From assembly GCA_043228905.1 (NCBI GenBank), contig JBHGNT010000021.1:3038001-3102000 (forward strand): DNA of 64,000 bases, read 5' to 3'. Shown here piece by piece: positions 29,811 to 41,467 of this stretch. Source of the stretch: Azolla caroliniana. Its lineage: Eukaryota; Plantae; Polypodiophyta. How positions within the stretch are numbered: position 1 is the first letter of the stretch; every line of letters begins with the position of its first letter. The translations under genes were made by a program, and so were the position numbers. The notes below the pieces were generated by a model, which searched no databases, was not told where the DNA came from, and saw only the letters and a program-made list of their open reading frames with translations.

Positions 29811-32599
29811 AATCCGTCCAGCATATTGACGCATTCGGCATATAGGGGTGTCAATTCCTTCCCGGTACCCGTCTGTGGTTGTGTCGGTACCCGTACTTTT
29901 GCTTTTCCCCGCCGGAAGGTGATTATATTCTTCCTCTAGTTTTGTTTAATGTGCACCGTTTTCAACCACGGCCGCCCCAACAATAGTGGGTAAGCTCCTT
30001 GTGCTTGTAGTTGTAGCACTACTGCCGAAATGCGAAATGTGTGGCCGCCAATCGTTACTTCCATATCTCGTATCAAGCCGGTCGGTCGCACTGAGCTTGT
30101 TCCTCATTACTCGAGTGGCTTCGTAGGGCATGCTCATACATAAGAGTTGACTTGTGAAAATTATGAACACTAAATGGAACTAAAAAGGGACATGCATTCA
30201 AGCATGTTGGATGCTTCTGTTAAAGCTCTAAAGGGCTCATAAATGACAAGGAGCAAGAGATAAGGTGTTGTGTTGTAGCCTTATCACTCTAAAGTAAAAT
30301 AACAACTCAACATCAATCTTTGAGTAGAGTAGAATGAGTCAACATGAGGGGTAGGTCATAAAACTCAAATTTCTATGGGAATGTTTGATGTTTGGTCTAT
30401 GAGCCAATCCACAAGTCACCTTCCTTAATTGATTTGAGCCAAGGAGTCATAGAGGGCATGGATGATTTGGCGCTCATCATTGAGCTCCATTATAATTTAT
30501 AACAATGATCAACATCAAATAACTCTTTGAGGTTCATGAGTGCAGGGTCATCAATAGTGGTTGTTGGGGTGCAACACGTAGTGGGTGAGAGGGATGTTGA
30601 ACAAGAGAACCACTGATAGGGATGTTGTCAATGAGGCTTGGCTCTCTACATACAAAGTTGTTTCTTAAGACATAACGGAGATTGTGAGGGTGTGTCAGGT
30701 GATGTGGTGTGGGTGAATTGGGAGGGAGGTTTGGACACCTTGTAAGCTCAATAATCCTTACACAAATTGTGTATTTGTGAGTGTGTACGCGATATGTGTG
30801 TTCAAGTGGTGGGTACGATAGGTCATCACCGAACATTGGGTAAATTGTGTTTGGAATGTGGTGTGTGGTGTGAAGGAGTAGTTATACCTAATGTGGCGAA
30901 AGATATAATAGAATATGGGTTGATGTTAGCGGTGAATTTAAACTTAGTAATTTCTAATGCTAAAACCTCCTAAATGACTTTATCTTTACAGAAATCATTA
31001 TCTAAAGGTAACTTGCATGATATGCAAGCTTTCATCTGATGGCTTGTTGTCATGCATAGATGAGTCACGTGAACCCTAGTGGTGAGGTATAACCATCTTC
31101 CTTTGTTAGGTGGTTTGCTAGTAAGTTCTTTGCTAGTGTCATTTAGCCTCTTCAATAAGTCAAAGGTTTCTCGTGGACTACCATGATCGGTGGTCACCAC
31201 CTCTATGTCTATTAGGAAGGAAAACTTGGTTAAGTCCAAGTAGTGTAGACTTTAGGATGTTGCAATATGAAGAAGTTCATACCTTCTAAAAATAGGAAAG
31301 ATACAGGTCATAGAAATACTAGGATTTAACATGACAAGGACCAATTCGTAGATGGGGGTTGACATTGTAGTGGTGAACTTTTGGCATTCTAACTGAGAAA
31401 AAAATGTTGTCTTTGAATAACATGTGCTTCTAAGTGGCTAGACTAAGTAGACTTTGATATGTTGTTTCTAGGATTGTTTAAGTCACCAAGGGAGATCGAG
31501 AGATCAACCATGATCCATGTATCTACAATGTAGATTGTGGCAACTATGGTTAGCTCCCATGAGGGCGTCGGTGTGGCAACATATTGCACTTATTGGAGCG
31601 CTTCATTGATGTCATGAACCAATTATTGCTTTTCCTAGAGTTTGTTGTTGATTGGCATTGTCAACATGATGTCATTTAGTCTTAATGTTTCTATTCCCAT
31701 AAGTATGTTTCCAACGAATAAAGACTCTATCTCACATTTCTCCTTGTTTGAATACCCAATTTGTGGAGAGAGAATTCCAAAATGAGCAAACACAGAATTC
31801 ATAATTTGGAAGTATATATTGTGAAATGCATTGCACATAAAGAGAATCCAAAGTAGTATGTCTTGCTCCTTAATTTCTGCTTAATTTATAGTTGATATAG
31901 AGATACCCATTTGGGTTCATTTGGCTGCCAACTAATGCATGCATACATGCATGAAGACTTGTGCTTGCCAAAAAGGTGGCACAAAGGCACACAGGTACAC
32001 CACAACATGAAGGCTTGGACTTGCTACAAAGGTGACAGAAACGTACACCGCAATATAGATATTATTATTTAAAGTCAAATAAGACTTAAAATACCAAATA
32101 TATAGTGTTTTCATGTGATACATTGAAAGTGAGAAAGTCTAGAGAAATCATTTGGAGTTTATAAAGTGAGGAAATCTTATCTCCCTCTATAATTTTTATA
32201 TGCCTTCTCCTTATAATCACCAAAGTCTAGCTTCAGAATTGTGTTTCTTGTCGAAGTTTGGGCTAACTTTATCATTGAGGGTCACCCCACTTAATCTAGG
32301 GTCCTTTCGACGTGCAAATGCATCCTCCAACTTGGATATACTAGCAACGGTGTGTACATCATTTCGTTGCGTTGTGTGAGTCAGGTGGAAATCGTTGAGG
32401 TTATAGACTAGGAGGAGGAGAATTTAAAGGTAGATAAGAATATGAATAGAAAACTTATTAACTCCACGAGTATAGTGTATTATATTAATCAACCCTTTTG
32501 AACCCAAATAAATCCCCCAAAGATTAAACCTCCATTACATTTTGCTCCGATCCTTTTATAGTGATGGGAGAGACTAAGTTTAGCTTGCCACATGGCAAG

Positions 32600-32695
32600 A
32601 TCATGCTTTCGCTAACTATAACGTTCATGCTTTTTCTAACTATGGAATTCATGTTATTTCTAATTATGGAATTCATGTTTTTTTCTAATTATAGT
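32600..32695. repeat. About 22-24-bp diverged tandem repeat x4
   Basis: tcatgctttcgctaactata / ttcatgctttttctaactatggaa / ttcatgttatttctaattatggaa / ttcatgttttttctaattata. Confidence 0.7.
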
Positions 32696-33196
32696 ATACA
32701 TTAGTTGTGTACAGTAAGTTTCCTATGATTTGCACGTGAGGATAATCGCTTATACAACTAAATCTATAATTATATCACTCATGATAAGTTAGTATAATGG
32801 TAAGACTTCAAATTATTAACATGGAGGTGTAGGGTTTGAATCTTGCCCTATACATGTAATAATGTTTTATTTTTTTCTTCATACTTATTCAATCAGGTAC
32901 TCCGTATGCATGTCACGTAGTGTACGAAGTACACGACGATAACGTGTAACTCAATGGTCCTAACATTAGGCATATAGGGCACACAAAACAATATGAGAGG
33001 CAAAGGGGTCTCTTTGCCATCATATCAATCACATGAAGCAAGTGCTAAAATAACATTTATATAAGGAGAAAAGAAAGAGGGAAATTATACACCAAGAGGG
33101 GCCAAAAAATATATCTTTGTGTTAAAAATCTATGTATGTATCCATAGATAGTTATAGGTTGTTGCATTTGAGAGAGTTATTTTTGCACACTTGAAT

Positions 33197-33218
33197 GAGA
33201 GAGAGAGAGAGAGAGAGA
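33197..33218. repeat. (GA)11 microsatellite at the 5' junction of LINE copy 1
   Basis: Direct sequence. Confidence 0.95.
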
Positions 33219-35121
33219 ATTGTTTGGACTAAGGTTGCCATCAGGGAAGCCATGTATTGTTCAAGCTCTCGCAGATGACCATATTATGTTTTTGGATCCT
33301 AATCGGGAAAATATTAGTAAGACAAGAGATGTGTGGGAATTGTTTTCAAATGCTTCGGGGTTGAGAATTAATATACATAAATCTGTCCTCATTTCATGTA
33401 CAGAACAAGATGTGTTAGGGTTGGGGTGGTCAGGAAGGATAGTACATCGTGGTATGATTTGTCGTCATCTTGGATATCCAATTGGGGTGGAAGTTTCTCA
33501 TGTGAAACTTATTGAGTGGGTATCCAAAAGGTTGGAGGATAAGTTTATGTATTGGAGGTCTCAATTTTGGCCTTTTCATGTACGACTTAAGGTGGTCCAA
33601 TCGATTATGGTCTCTATGGTATCTTATTATCTTCCTTTGCTCCCATGGTCAAAGAAAGCTCTTGAAATGTTGTCACACTCGATGCGAATGTTGTTATGGA
33701 AAAGAAAAGGGAAAAGTGTCTTGTCATGGTTGGCATGGGATCATGTTTGTACTCCGAAGCGTCTTGGTGGGGCATCAATATTGAATCTATATGAGCATAT
33801 GGTGGCTCGTCGATTTACTTTCATTCGATTCATGTTTGAAGGTGTACGACCTTGGATAGAAATGGTGACATACTTTATAGAGAAGAACGGAATAAAGCTT
33901 GGAAACATGAAGGTTGAAGCAAATTGGTGGAATGTAATTAATTCTGACAGGGATGTCAAATGTACAGGGTCAATGATAGTTAATCATTTGTTGACATCTT
34001 GGCGAAGTATGTTGGATTTTGTGGAATGGCATCCCCAACAAGAAAGGGGATGTGCCAATTCATTACAAATGGAGGTTTTGGCAACATCAAGGTTGTTGAG
34101 GTGGGAAGGTAAACAAATTCTTAACCTTCAATTTAATCGGATGGCTAGATTGGGTTTGCTAAGAGTTAAGGATGCTATGTTGGTTTCACAAAGAAGATTA
34201 ATGGCTTTTCGAACAATAATATCAACATTTCGTGTTCCAAAAGGTTATAACTTTATTTGGGATAAGTTGCAACAAATACTATCTTCGCATGAGCCAATTC
34301 CTGATTTAGATGGGCGATCTCAAGAGCTTGATTGGAGGTTTGTTGGAAATAAGAGATTGATTATGATCTCAACGAATGTTGCTTATCACAAGTTGATTGA
34401 CAAACATAAGTGGTTGGAAGAAAGGGTTATAAAGATATGGGGTTTTCATAAGCCCATTACTTGGTGGTTTCATGTGATCAAGGTAGGTTGGTGTTCTCGA
34501 TTGATGCTACGAGCCAAGGTATTTATTTGGAGAGTTATGGTTGGAGCTTTACCATTAGGGGATGCATTAAAAAGAAGAAACATTACTAAAGGATTGTGTT
34601 TCTTTTGTTCGGTGGAATTGGAACATAGTAGGCATCGATTTATTTCATGCCCGATGGCAAGGATGGTTTGGAGGTGTATCAGTTTAGTGTGGATGTCTCT
34701 AACAGGAGTAAGTCTATCTTCCTTCAGTTGGGTTTTTGCACATATGGAGAACAATGAACCGATGGCTCATTTTCAAATTATTTTTGAGTTCTTGAGGTAT
34801 TGGGGGCTATGGTTCAATTCGAATATACGGAATGCCTTCATTTTTTATTCGCAAGTTGGGGTGAGAAAATATGTTCTAAAGTTAAAAGGACTTCTTTTGT
34901 GGCAATTGATAGTGCTAGAGAAGTCACAAAATCTCAACCAGGAAGAGAAAGAACTCTGCAAGGTCACATATCATCATATTCGCCAGTTGAATTGGTGTGT
35001 AGGGTGGCATTGAGTTTGGTGTCGTAGTTTTCTTTAGATCCCTAGATAGAAGGGGTTCTATAGTTTGTTGTAAGTTAGTCATGGTGGTGTTTTTTCTTTC
35101 GTAATGAAAGCCATTATTTAC

Positions 35122-35124
<3 letters not shown>
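33219..35124 (+). mobile_element. 5'-truncated L1-superfamily LINE: RT C-terminal half plus zf-RVT, ORF fully open (597 codons)
   Basis: GLRLP...QALADD, ASGLRINIHKS, RHLGYPIG, AWDHVCTPKRLGG, KVFIWRVMVGALP, CFFCSVELEHSRHRFISCPMARMVW (CCHC), LWF...RN.FIF. Confidence 0.93.

Positions 35125-35160
<36 letters not shown>
35125..35160. repeat. (AG)18 microsatellite between the two LINE copies
   Basis: Direct sequence. Confidence 0.97.
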
Positions 35161-35161
<1 letters not shown>

Positions 35162-36890
35162 AGGTGATGCTTTCATGTTTCTACAAGCCTCACTAGAGAA
35201 TCTTGAGAAGGGGATGCTTGTATAGAACCAATTTGCATTGGCTTCCGGATTACATATTAAATGGAAGGATTCTAGTCTCATATCATGTATTGAAAGAGAT
35301 TTGGAATGTTTAGGATGGCAAGGATCCGTGGTGAAGAAAGACTCTATTTTTCAACACTTGGGGTATCCATTGGGAATAGGTATATTTTATAGATGACTTT
35401 TTGATAATGTGGAGTGGTTTTACTCAACACCAAAGTATTTATTTAAGCCGATGGTTAGAATTTTGAAAAGTATAGGGGATCTGTGGTATATCTTGTATGT
35501 TTAGCCTTATGGTGTTTTCTAATACTAATGTAGTATATTTTTTTGGAAAAGAAGAAGAAGAAAAGGTTAAGGGATAAGTTCATGTATTGGAAGTTACAAT
35601 CTTGGCCGTTTCATGTACGCTTGAAGGTTGTACAATGTATTATGGAACCCATGATATTATATTACTTGTCATTGTTGCCATGGACAAAGAAGGCGTTGCA
35701 TTTTGTTTTGCGACCTCTTTGATATTTGTTGTAGAAGAAGAGGGATAAGATGGGAATCACATGGGTTGTGTGGAATCATCTAGCAACCCCTAAGTGCTTG
35801 GAGAGAGTTGGCATATTGGACTTATCTATGCATATGATGGCTCGTAGATTTTCATTATTACAAAAAATGTGTTCAAACTCATAACCATGGATATCTATTG
35901 TTCAATATTTCATTGAGAACAAGGGTTTTAACACATGGGAGGACAACACTTAAGGCTTCATGGTGGCAATTACTGAATGAATGTATTTCACTTAAAATTC
36001 CAGGCTCTTCATGTGTTTAACACTTGGTTATCTCATGGAAAAAAACCCTCTTGTTATGTGTATGGAAACCATCACTTAGAGAGCATTGTAATTCTTTGCA
36101 AAAAGAGTTGATTGGGGTCTCAGTTTAATCATTTGTTTTGTTTGGGTTCAAAGAGGTGGGAGATATAGTTGAGGCTCCCTCTCAAAGAATTTTGGAGTTT
36201 GTCGAAGCGCAACAAATGTTACACATCTTGCCAAAATTTGGGTTTTTCTGGCAATAACTACAAAATATTGCATTGATGCAAGGTCCTTTACCTCTACAAA
36301 CAGGAGAACAACCGTGGATTGATTAGTGTTTACAGGGTCAAACATCGTTGTTATAAGAGACTAATAATTTTTTGTACCATATCTTCGTTGAGTCTCTTGG
36401 ATGGCTATCATATAAGGCTGAAGATGAATGGAAAATACACAAATCTGATCATGGGTGGTGGCAGATCGTAAAGTGTAGTTGGCGTTCTAAATTGCCACTT
36501 GTAAGAAAGGCCTCTAGGATTAGCTCTAAAGCGTCATGCACTAGCAACAGGCAATTGATTCTTTTGCGTTGTTCAAATGGAAGATAGTACTCATCGGTTT
36601 CTACAATGTCCGATTTGGAGTTATATTTCTCAAATTTGGCGAGTTTTATCACGGTGTTATTTGACACCGAGACAGCGGGTGTTTGCACAATTTACACAAG
36701 TTGACCCAAAATCAGAGATGGAGATCGTTTTCCTATTTCTCAAATATCGGGGATTGGGTCATAATTGGGATTTCTACTAGAAGCTCATATGAATGCAATG
36801 TATCGTCATGCTTATTAATTTGAGCTCATGAGTATTTGCAATTTGATGTTGCATGAAGAAGTTCGAGACATGGTGGAGAGAGGTGCATGA
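35161..36890 (+). mobile_element. Second, degenerate 5'-truncated LINE of the same family
   Basis: AGDAFMFL...FALASGLHIKWKDSSLISC...LGWQG...QHLGYPLG; KRLRDKFMYWKLQSWPFHVRLKVVQ; MEDSTHRFLQCP...FLFLKY. Stops, frameshifts and an unrelated insert at about 35385-35560. Confidence 0.88.
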
Positions 36891-37826
36891 AAAGGGGTTG
36901 AATGCCATGCTTCTCCTTTCAGGCAAATTTTCTATACGACGAGGAGATCTTACCTACAATAAAAGCTTTGAAAACGAGGCATGATTCTATTGGGAGTTGT
37001 TTCTTTTATGTACATAGTCATGACTCATAGTATAAAGCTTTGCACTCGGAGATTCCTTCCATGTCCAATAACTCGAAGCCCATGAATAATATATATATAT
37101 ATATTTGGGCTTCTTTGACATCGATTGCGCTTTTTACCCTTTCTCTCAGTGGGACATCTTTGCTCACACCAATAAGATTTAGCATAGTGGGTGAGCATCA
37201 TGGATTTGCTTTATTCGATTTCCCGAGAAAGTCATTCCTTTGGCTCAGGGAGGGAGGTGATCGAGAGAGGTGTTGCAGATCGCAAGTTTTTACAGGCGAG
37301 AAGGTCTGGCGGTTTCTGCATACATTCTATACAAAATATCATATCGGAGGTACCGAGAGAGAGATAGAGACAGAGCGTGGAGATAGAGATATGAGGTTTC
37401 CTATGCGGAGTGAAGCCGAGGTAACTAACTAATAACTAATTCTTCATACACACACACATGTAATGACTGATGCTAGTGTAATATGTAACACTAATACTAA
37501 AAATAATAACAATATTAATAATAACAAAATAAAAAAATTATTATAATTTTTTTTTTGGAAAAAATAAAAAAGATAATAATAATAATAATAATACATTTTA
37601 TCTATAATAATAACAATATTAATACTACATTATATCTTATATTCTCACTCTCTTTCTGTGTGTCTCTGTTCCTCCTCTGTTTTCTCTGTTCCTCTGTATA
37701 CTCCTTGCTTCTGAAGCTTGCTCCCCCTCCCTTTTCCATCCTCTCCCCCCCAAAAAAACCCTAACCCTAACCCCCACCCCCCCCTCTGTTTCCCAATTCC
37801 TGTGCTCTCCCTTTCTTCCTCCCCCA

Positions 37827-39992
37827 ATGGTGCGAGAGATGAACGATTTCAACCAGAAGATCGATTACGTCTTCAAAGTGGTGCTCATCGGCGACTCCGC
37901 AGTCGGGAAATCCCAGCTCCTTAACAGATTCGCTAGAAATGAGTTCATTCTTGATTCAAAAGCCACCATTGGAGTTGAATTCCAGACAAGAACCATCTCG
38001 CTGGATCAGAAGACCATTAAAGCACAGATATGGGACACTGCTGGACAAGAAAGGTGTGTCTTTCTCTCATGACGTTTTCCTTTTATTTCTTTGCAATATA
38101 TTTCTATATTCGTCTTCCTGAATCCCTTCAAGTAGACTTTTTTTCTGGAGACTTGCACAGATCTATGTTTGCTTATGTTCCACGATCATGACATTTACTG
38201 CTGCGAATCACTCACGTCATACGTTTTCGAGTTGAAATGCATCTGATGCAATGTTTCACCGCATATTATTTCAAGTTGAAATGAACCTGATGCAATGATT
38301 CAGAGCATATTTTTCATGCTAAAATGCATCCAATGGATTCATTTGCAATATATTTCAACTTGAAATCCATCTGATGTCAATTAGATTTCAATCTAAACGC
38401 ACTGTATGCAGTGTTTACCGGAAATCTTGGCTTAACGTTGATTCTTAAGAATAACTAGAACAGTGATTGACAGTATATCTCAAGTTCTGAATGGAAGGTT
38501 ATATCATGTTGACATTGATCAATCCTTGGAGGACTCCTCTTCAGGAGCGTATCAGATCTAGTTCTTAGGTATTTAATGGTCCTACTGGATATGCTAATGT
38601 TGATCCCTTTACAATGAGAGAGTCTTATGATTTGCATTTGCATAAGGATATGGCTCAATTATGGAGTTTCAGTATGTATTGTGCATGTTGGCTGTCTAAG
38701 TAACTCTTTCGAAAACTTATATGTGTTGCATTCAGAGCTTATGGTCCAAATAAATGTTTATGTCTCATGTGGCTCTGTGGCATGTGAACCATTACTAGTT
38801 TGGAGTACAAAGTCTGACATGGATAGATACATTACAAAATTGAGATGGCCGGATAGAAGTAACATGACTTGAGATTTGCAACAAAGAGAGCATGCGCATC
38901 AGATATGGTCCTAAAATGGTTATTTATACTTGGTTTTGTTTGTTCCTATGTATAGGGAGTGAGTGATATGGATTTCGAGCGATGTATGATAATCACTTAA
39001 ATCTCGAGCAAAGTACTTGAAAGGTGGTGCCCTTGTCTCTACACCTGCACATTGTCTTTGGGATCTCTCAATGTTTTCTTGTCTTTTTGTTGTAGCTGTT
39101 GTGGAATCATTAAGGCTAAAGATAATTAACTCTATAGGTTTACGTACTCATCATTATTGGTGTGATAATGTGAAAACTTTCCTGCAGATGATCATTTAAT
39201 CACCACCCTTCAGAGCTACCTTTGACATTAGTTTGAATTTTATGTGCGCATTGATATATTAATCTTTGTATACTCTTGGACCTTGGTGCATTGATGATTG
39301 TGAATAGGAATGCCATGTCATCAAGCCTTGGTCTGCATAAACTGGTTCACAAAAATCTATTCTCATTGAGTTGTTATGTTCAGTATATAGTAGTTCTGAG
39401 TGGAATATTTTTCATTTTTACAAATATGTTGCCGATGCTATGTTATGTTGTAATACCAACAGCATTTTGGATGTGCATAGAGACTTTGAATGTTTAGATA
39501 GATAGACCGCATATTGGATAGGTAAAGAGAGCATTGTGAATGATGATTGACAGGTACCGAGCCATTACAAGTGCATACTACAGAGGTGCAGTAGGGGCAA
39601 TGTTGGTTTATGACATCACAAAGCAAGTGACATTCGATCACGTAACAAGATGGCTAGGAGAACTAAGGAGTCATGCTGACAACAACATAGTCATCATGCT
39701 TATAGGTAACAAGACCGATCTAGGCACACTTCGTATGGTGCCGACGGATCAGGCAAAGGAATTCGCCGAGAAGGAAGGGTTATTTTTCCTTGAGACATCA
39801 GCAATGGAATCTACTAATGTAGACACGGCATTCTACACGGTCTTAACAGAGATTTTTCGGATCGTGAGCAAGAGAACTTTGGTTGCAAATGAAGATCAGG
39901 GGAATAATAATACAGCATTGTTGACAGGGACCAAGTTAGTAGTCCCCACAGTGGAGCAAAAGGATGAGATAAAGAAGGGCTGTTGTGGGTAG
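37827..39992 (+). CDS. RABA4: Rab GTPase, RabA4-like (Rab11 group)
   Basis: Exons 37827-38053 and 39554-39992. [56 protein letters not shown]-terminal CCG. Confidence 0.95.
38224..38412. repeat. Diverged about 40-45-bp tandem array in the RabA intron
   Basis: tttcgagttgaaatgcatctgatgcaatg / tttcaagttgaaatgaacctgatgcaatg / tttcaacttgaaatccatctgatg. Confidence 0.7.
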
Positions 39993-41467
39993 ATTGGTTT
40001 TGGTTCTTTCATTCAAATTTATTAATAATTATTAATAACAATAAAGATGTATTTTTGTCTCCCATTCAGTTGAACACCATAGATGGGTTGTAACTTGGAC
40101 CTCACTATCATTTTATATGTGGTTCGTGTTTTGTTCTTAAAAATCTCGATCTCAAAGAACATTGATGATCGACTGAAAAGATTTGACTCCAGTTTTTAAT
40201 GTTTCTATCCCGATTGCAAAAGCTTAATATTGGAATATGAAGAGGTAACCCAACATTCAACTTATGGGAGTAAGAACTCATTTTACATGAATGGGGTTTA
40301 TTAAAATATTGATGAACATTGCAAAACATGGGATTTTGTTTGATGTGGACGATTAAGATCTCTTTTCAATCGAACAATTGAGATGTGGTGATTTTGAGAG
40401 CAAAATAAATTTTTAGGGTTAACAATGGGCTGGGAGTCAAAAAGTAGTGTTTTGCACATGTTGGTGGGGAGGACCACTAGATTTATCAGCACGTGTCAAC
40501 ATGTAATAGTTATTCTTCATGTTCTCATAAGCCTATGTACTCATCCCATTCACATTTGCAAATATAAATTTCATATTGTTATGCTTGCTTTGTAATATGG
40601 AATGCATGGTGGAACGTAAATTCCACCCATTGGCGAATAGTTGATGATTACCGTTCATGGACAAACTCAAAAACAGATGTACATTTATTTTGTTTGCAAG
40701 TGGACATTTGGATGAACAAGTCATATTCAAATTTTCCAAACAATTGTCATTGTATGATTCCCACAATTTCACGTGGCATCACAGAGACATTAAATCCCAA
40801 TGACATGGTATCAATTAGGTAAACCATATACTTTGCACGTGATTGTATAAGCAAAAGCTCAATATTCCAAGAATGTTTTTGGAGTACTAACTAGGAATCG
40901 GCAACTGTTTGGTTTCTCCTTGACCGATTTGGCCTTGTCCAAACCAAACCAGTTTGGATGTATCCAAACTTGAATGGAATTGGTTCCTTAACTAGTTTGG
41001 CCAAATTGATTAAGCCTAAACCAGTTTAGGTTATTGTCTCGATGGATGGAGAGGTGATGGCGAGAAGGGAGACGATGGTTTATAGGTAAGAGAAGCCCCA
41101 TGACAAGTGACAAAGGAGGGGTGTGTATGTATTGTGTACAGTGTACATATATATAGACATTATTACAATTTACATATATGGATGGGGCAAAGAGGATCTA
41201 TGGAGATAATATGTGAGGACATGCTCTGCTACTACCACAAGCACAAAGGGTCCCCTTTTTTTGGGGTTGGGGGGATGCCCTTAAGATAAGGGTCTATTTA
41301 CACTCGTCCAAAATGAAACCTCATCTCCTCTGTCACTTTCGAGGAGGAAGAAGAAGAAGAAGAAGATATAGAAGGCAGGAAGAAGAAGAGCCTCTGTTGC
41401 TTCTGGAGCTGTCCTTGTCTCTCTCACACAGAGACCCCCCACGTTCATCCTCTCAGAGCTCTTATCC

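Larger units (their letters stand above)
26899..30100 (-). mobile_element. 5'-truncated, internally deleted Ty3/gypsy LTR retrotransposon with protease remnant and extra ORF
   Basis: GC-rich block. Minus strand 30100-29940 reads TSSVRPTGLIRDMEVTIGGHTFRISAVVLQLQAQGAYPLLLGRPWL (retropepsin C-half). No RT, RNase H or integrase; LTR and PPT at the left end. Confidence 0.85.

Noticed and set aside
32400-32757. Possible solo LTR
   Set aside because: LTR-like composition, but no clean TG...CA termini or TSD.
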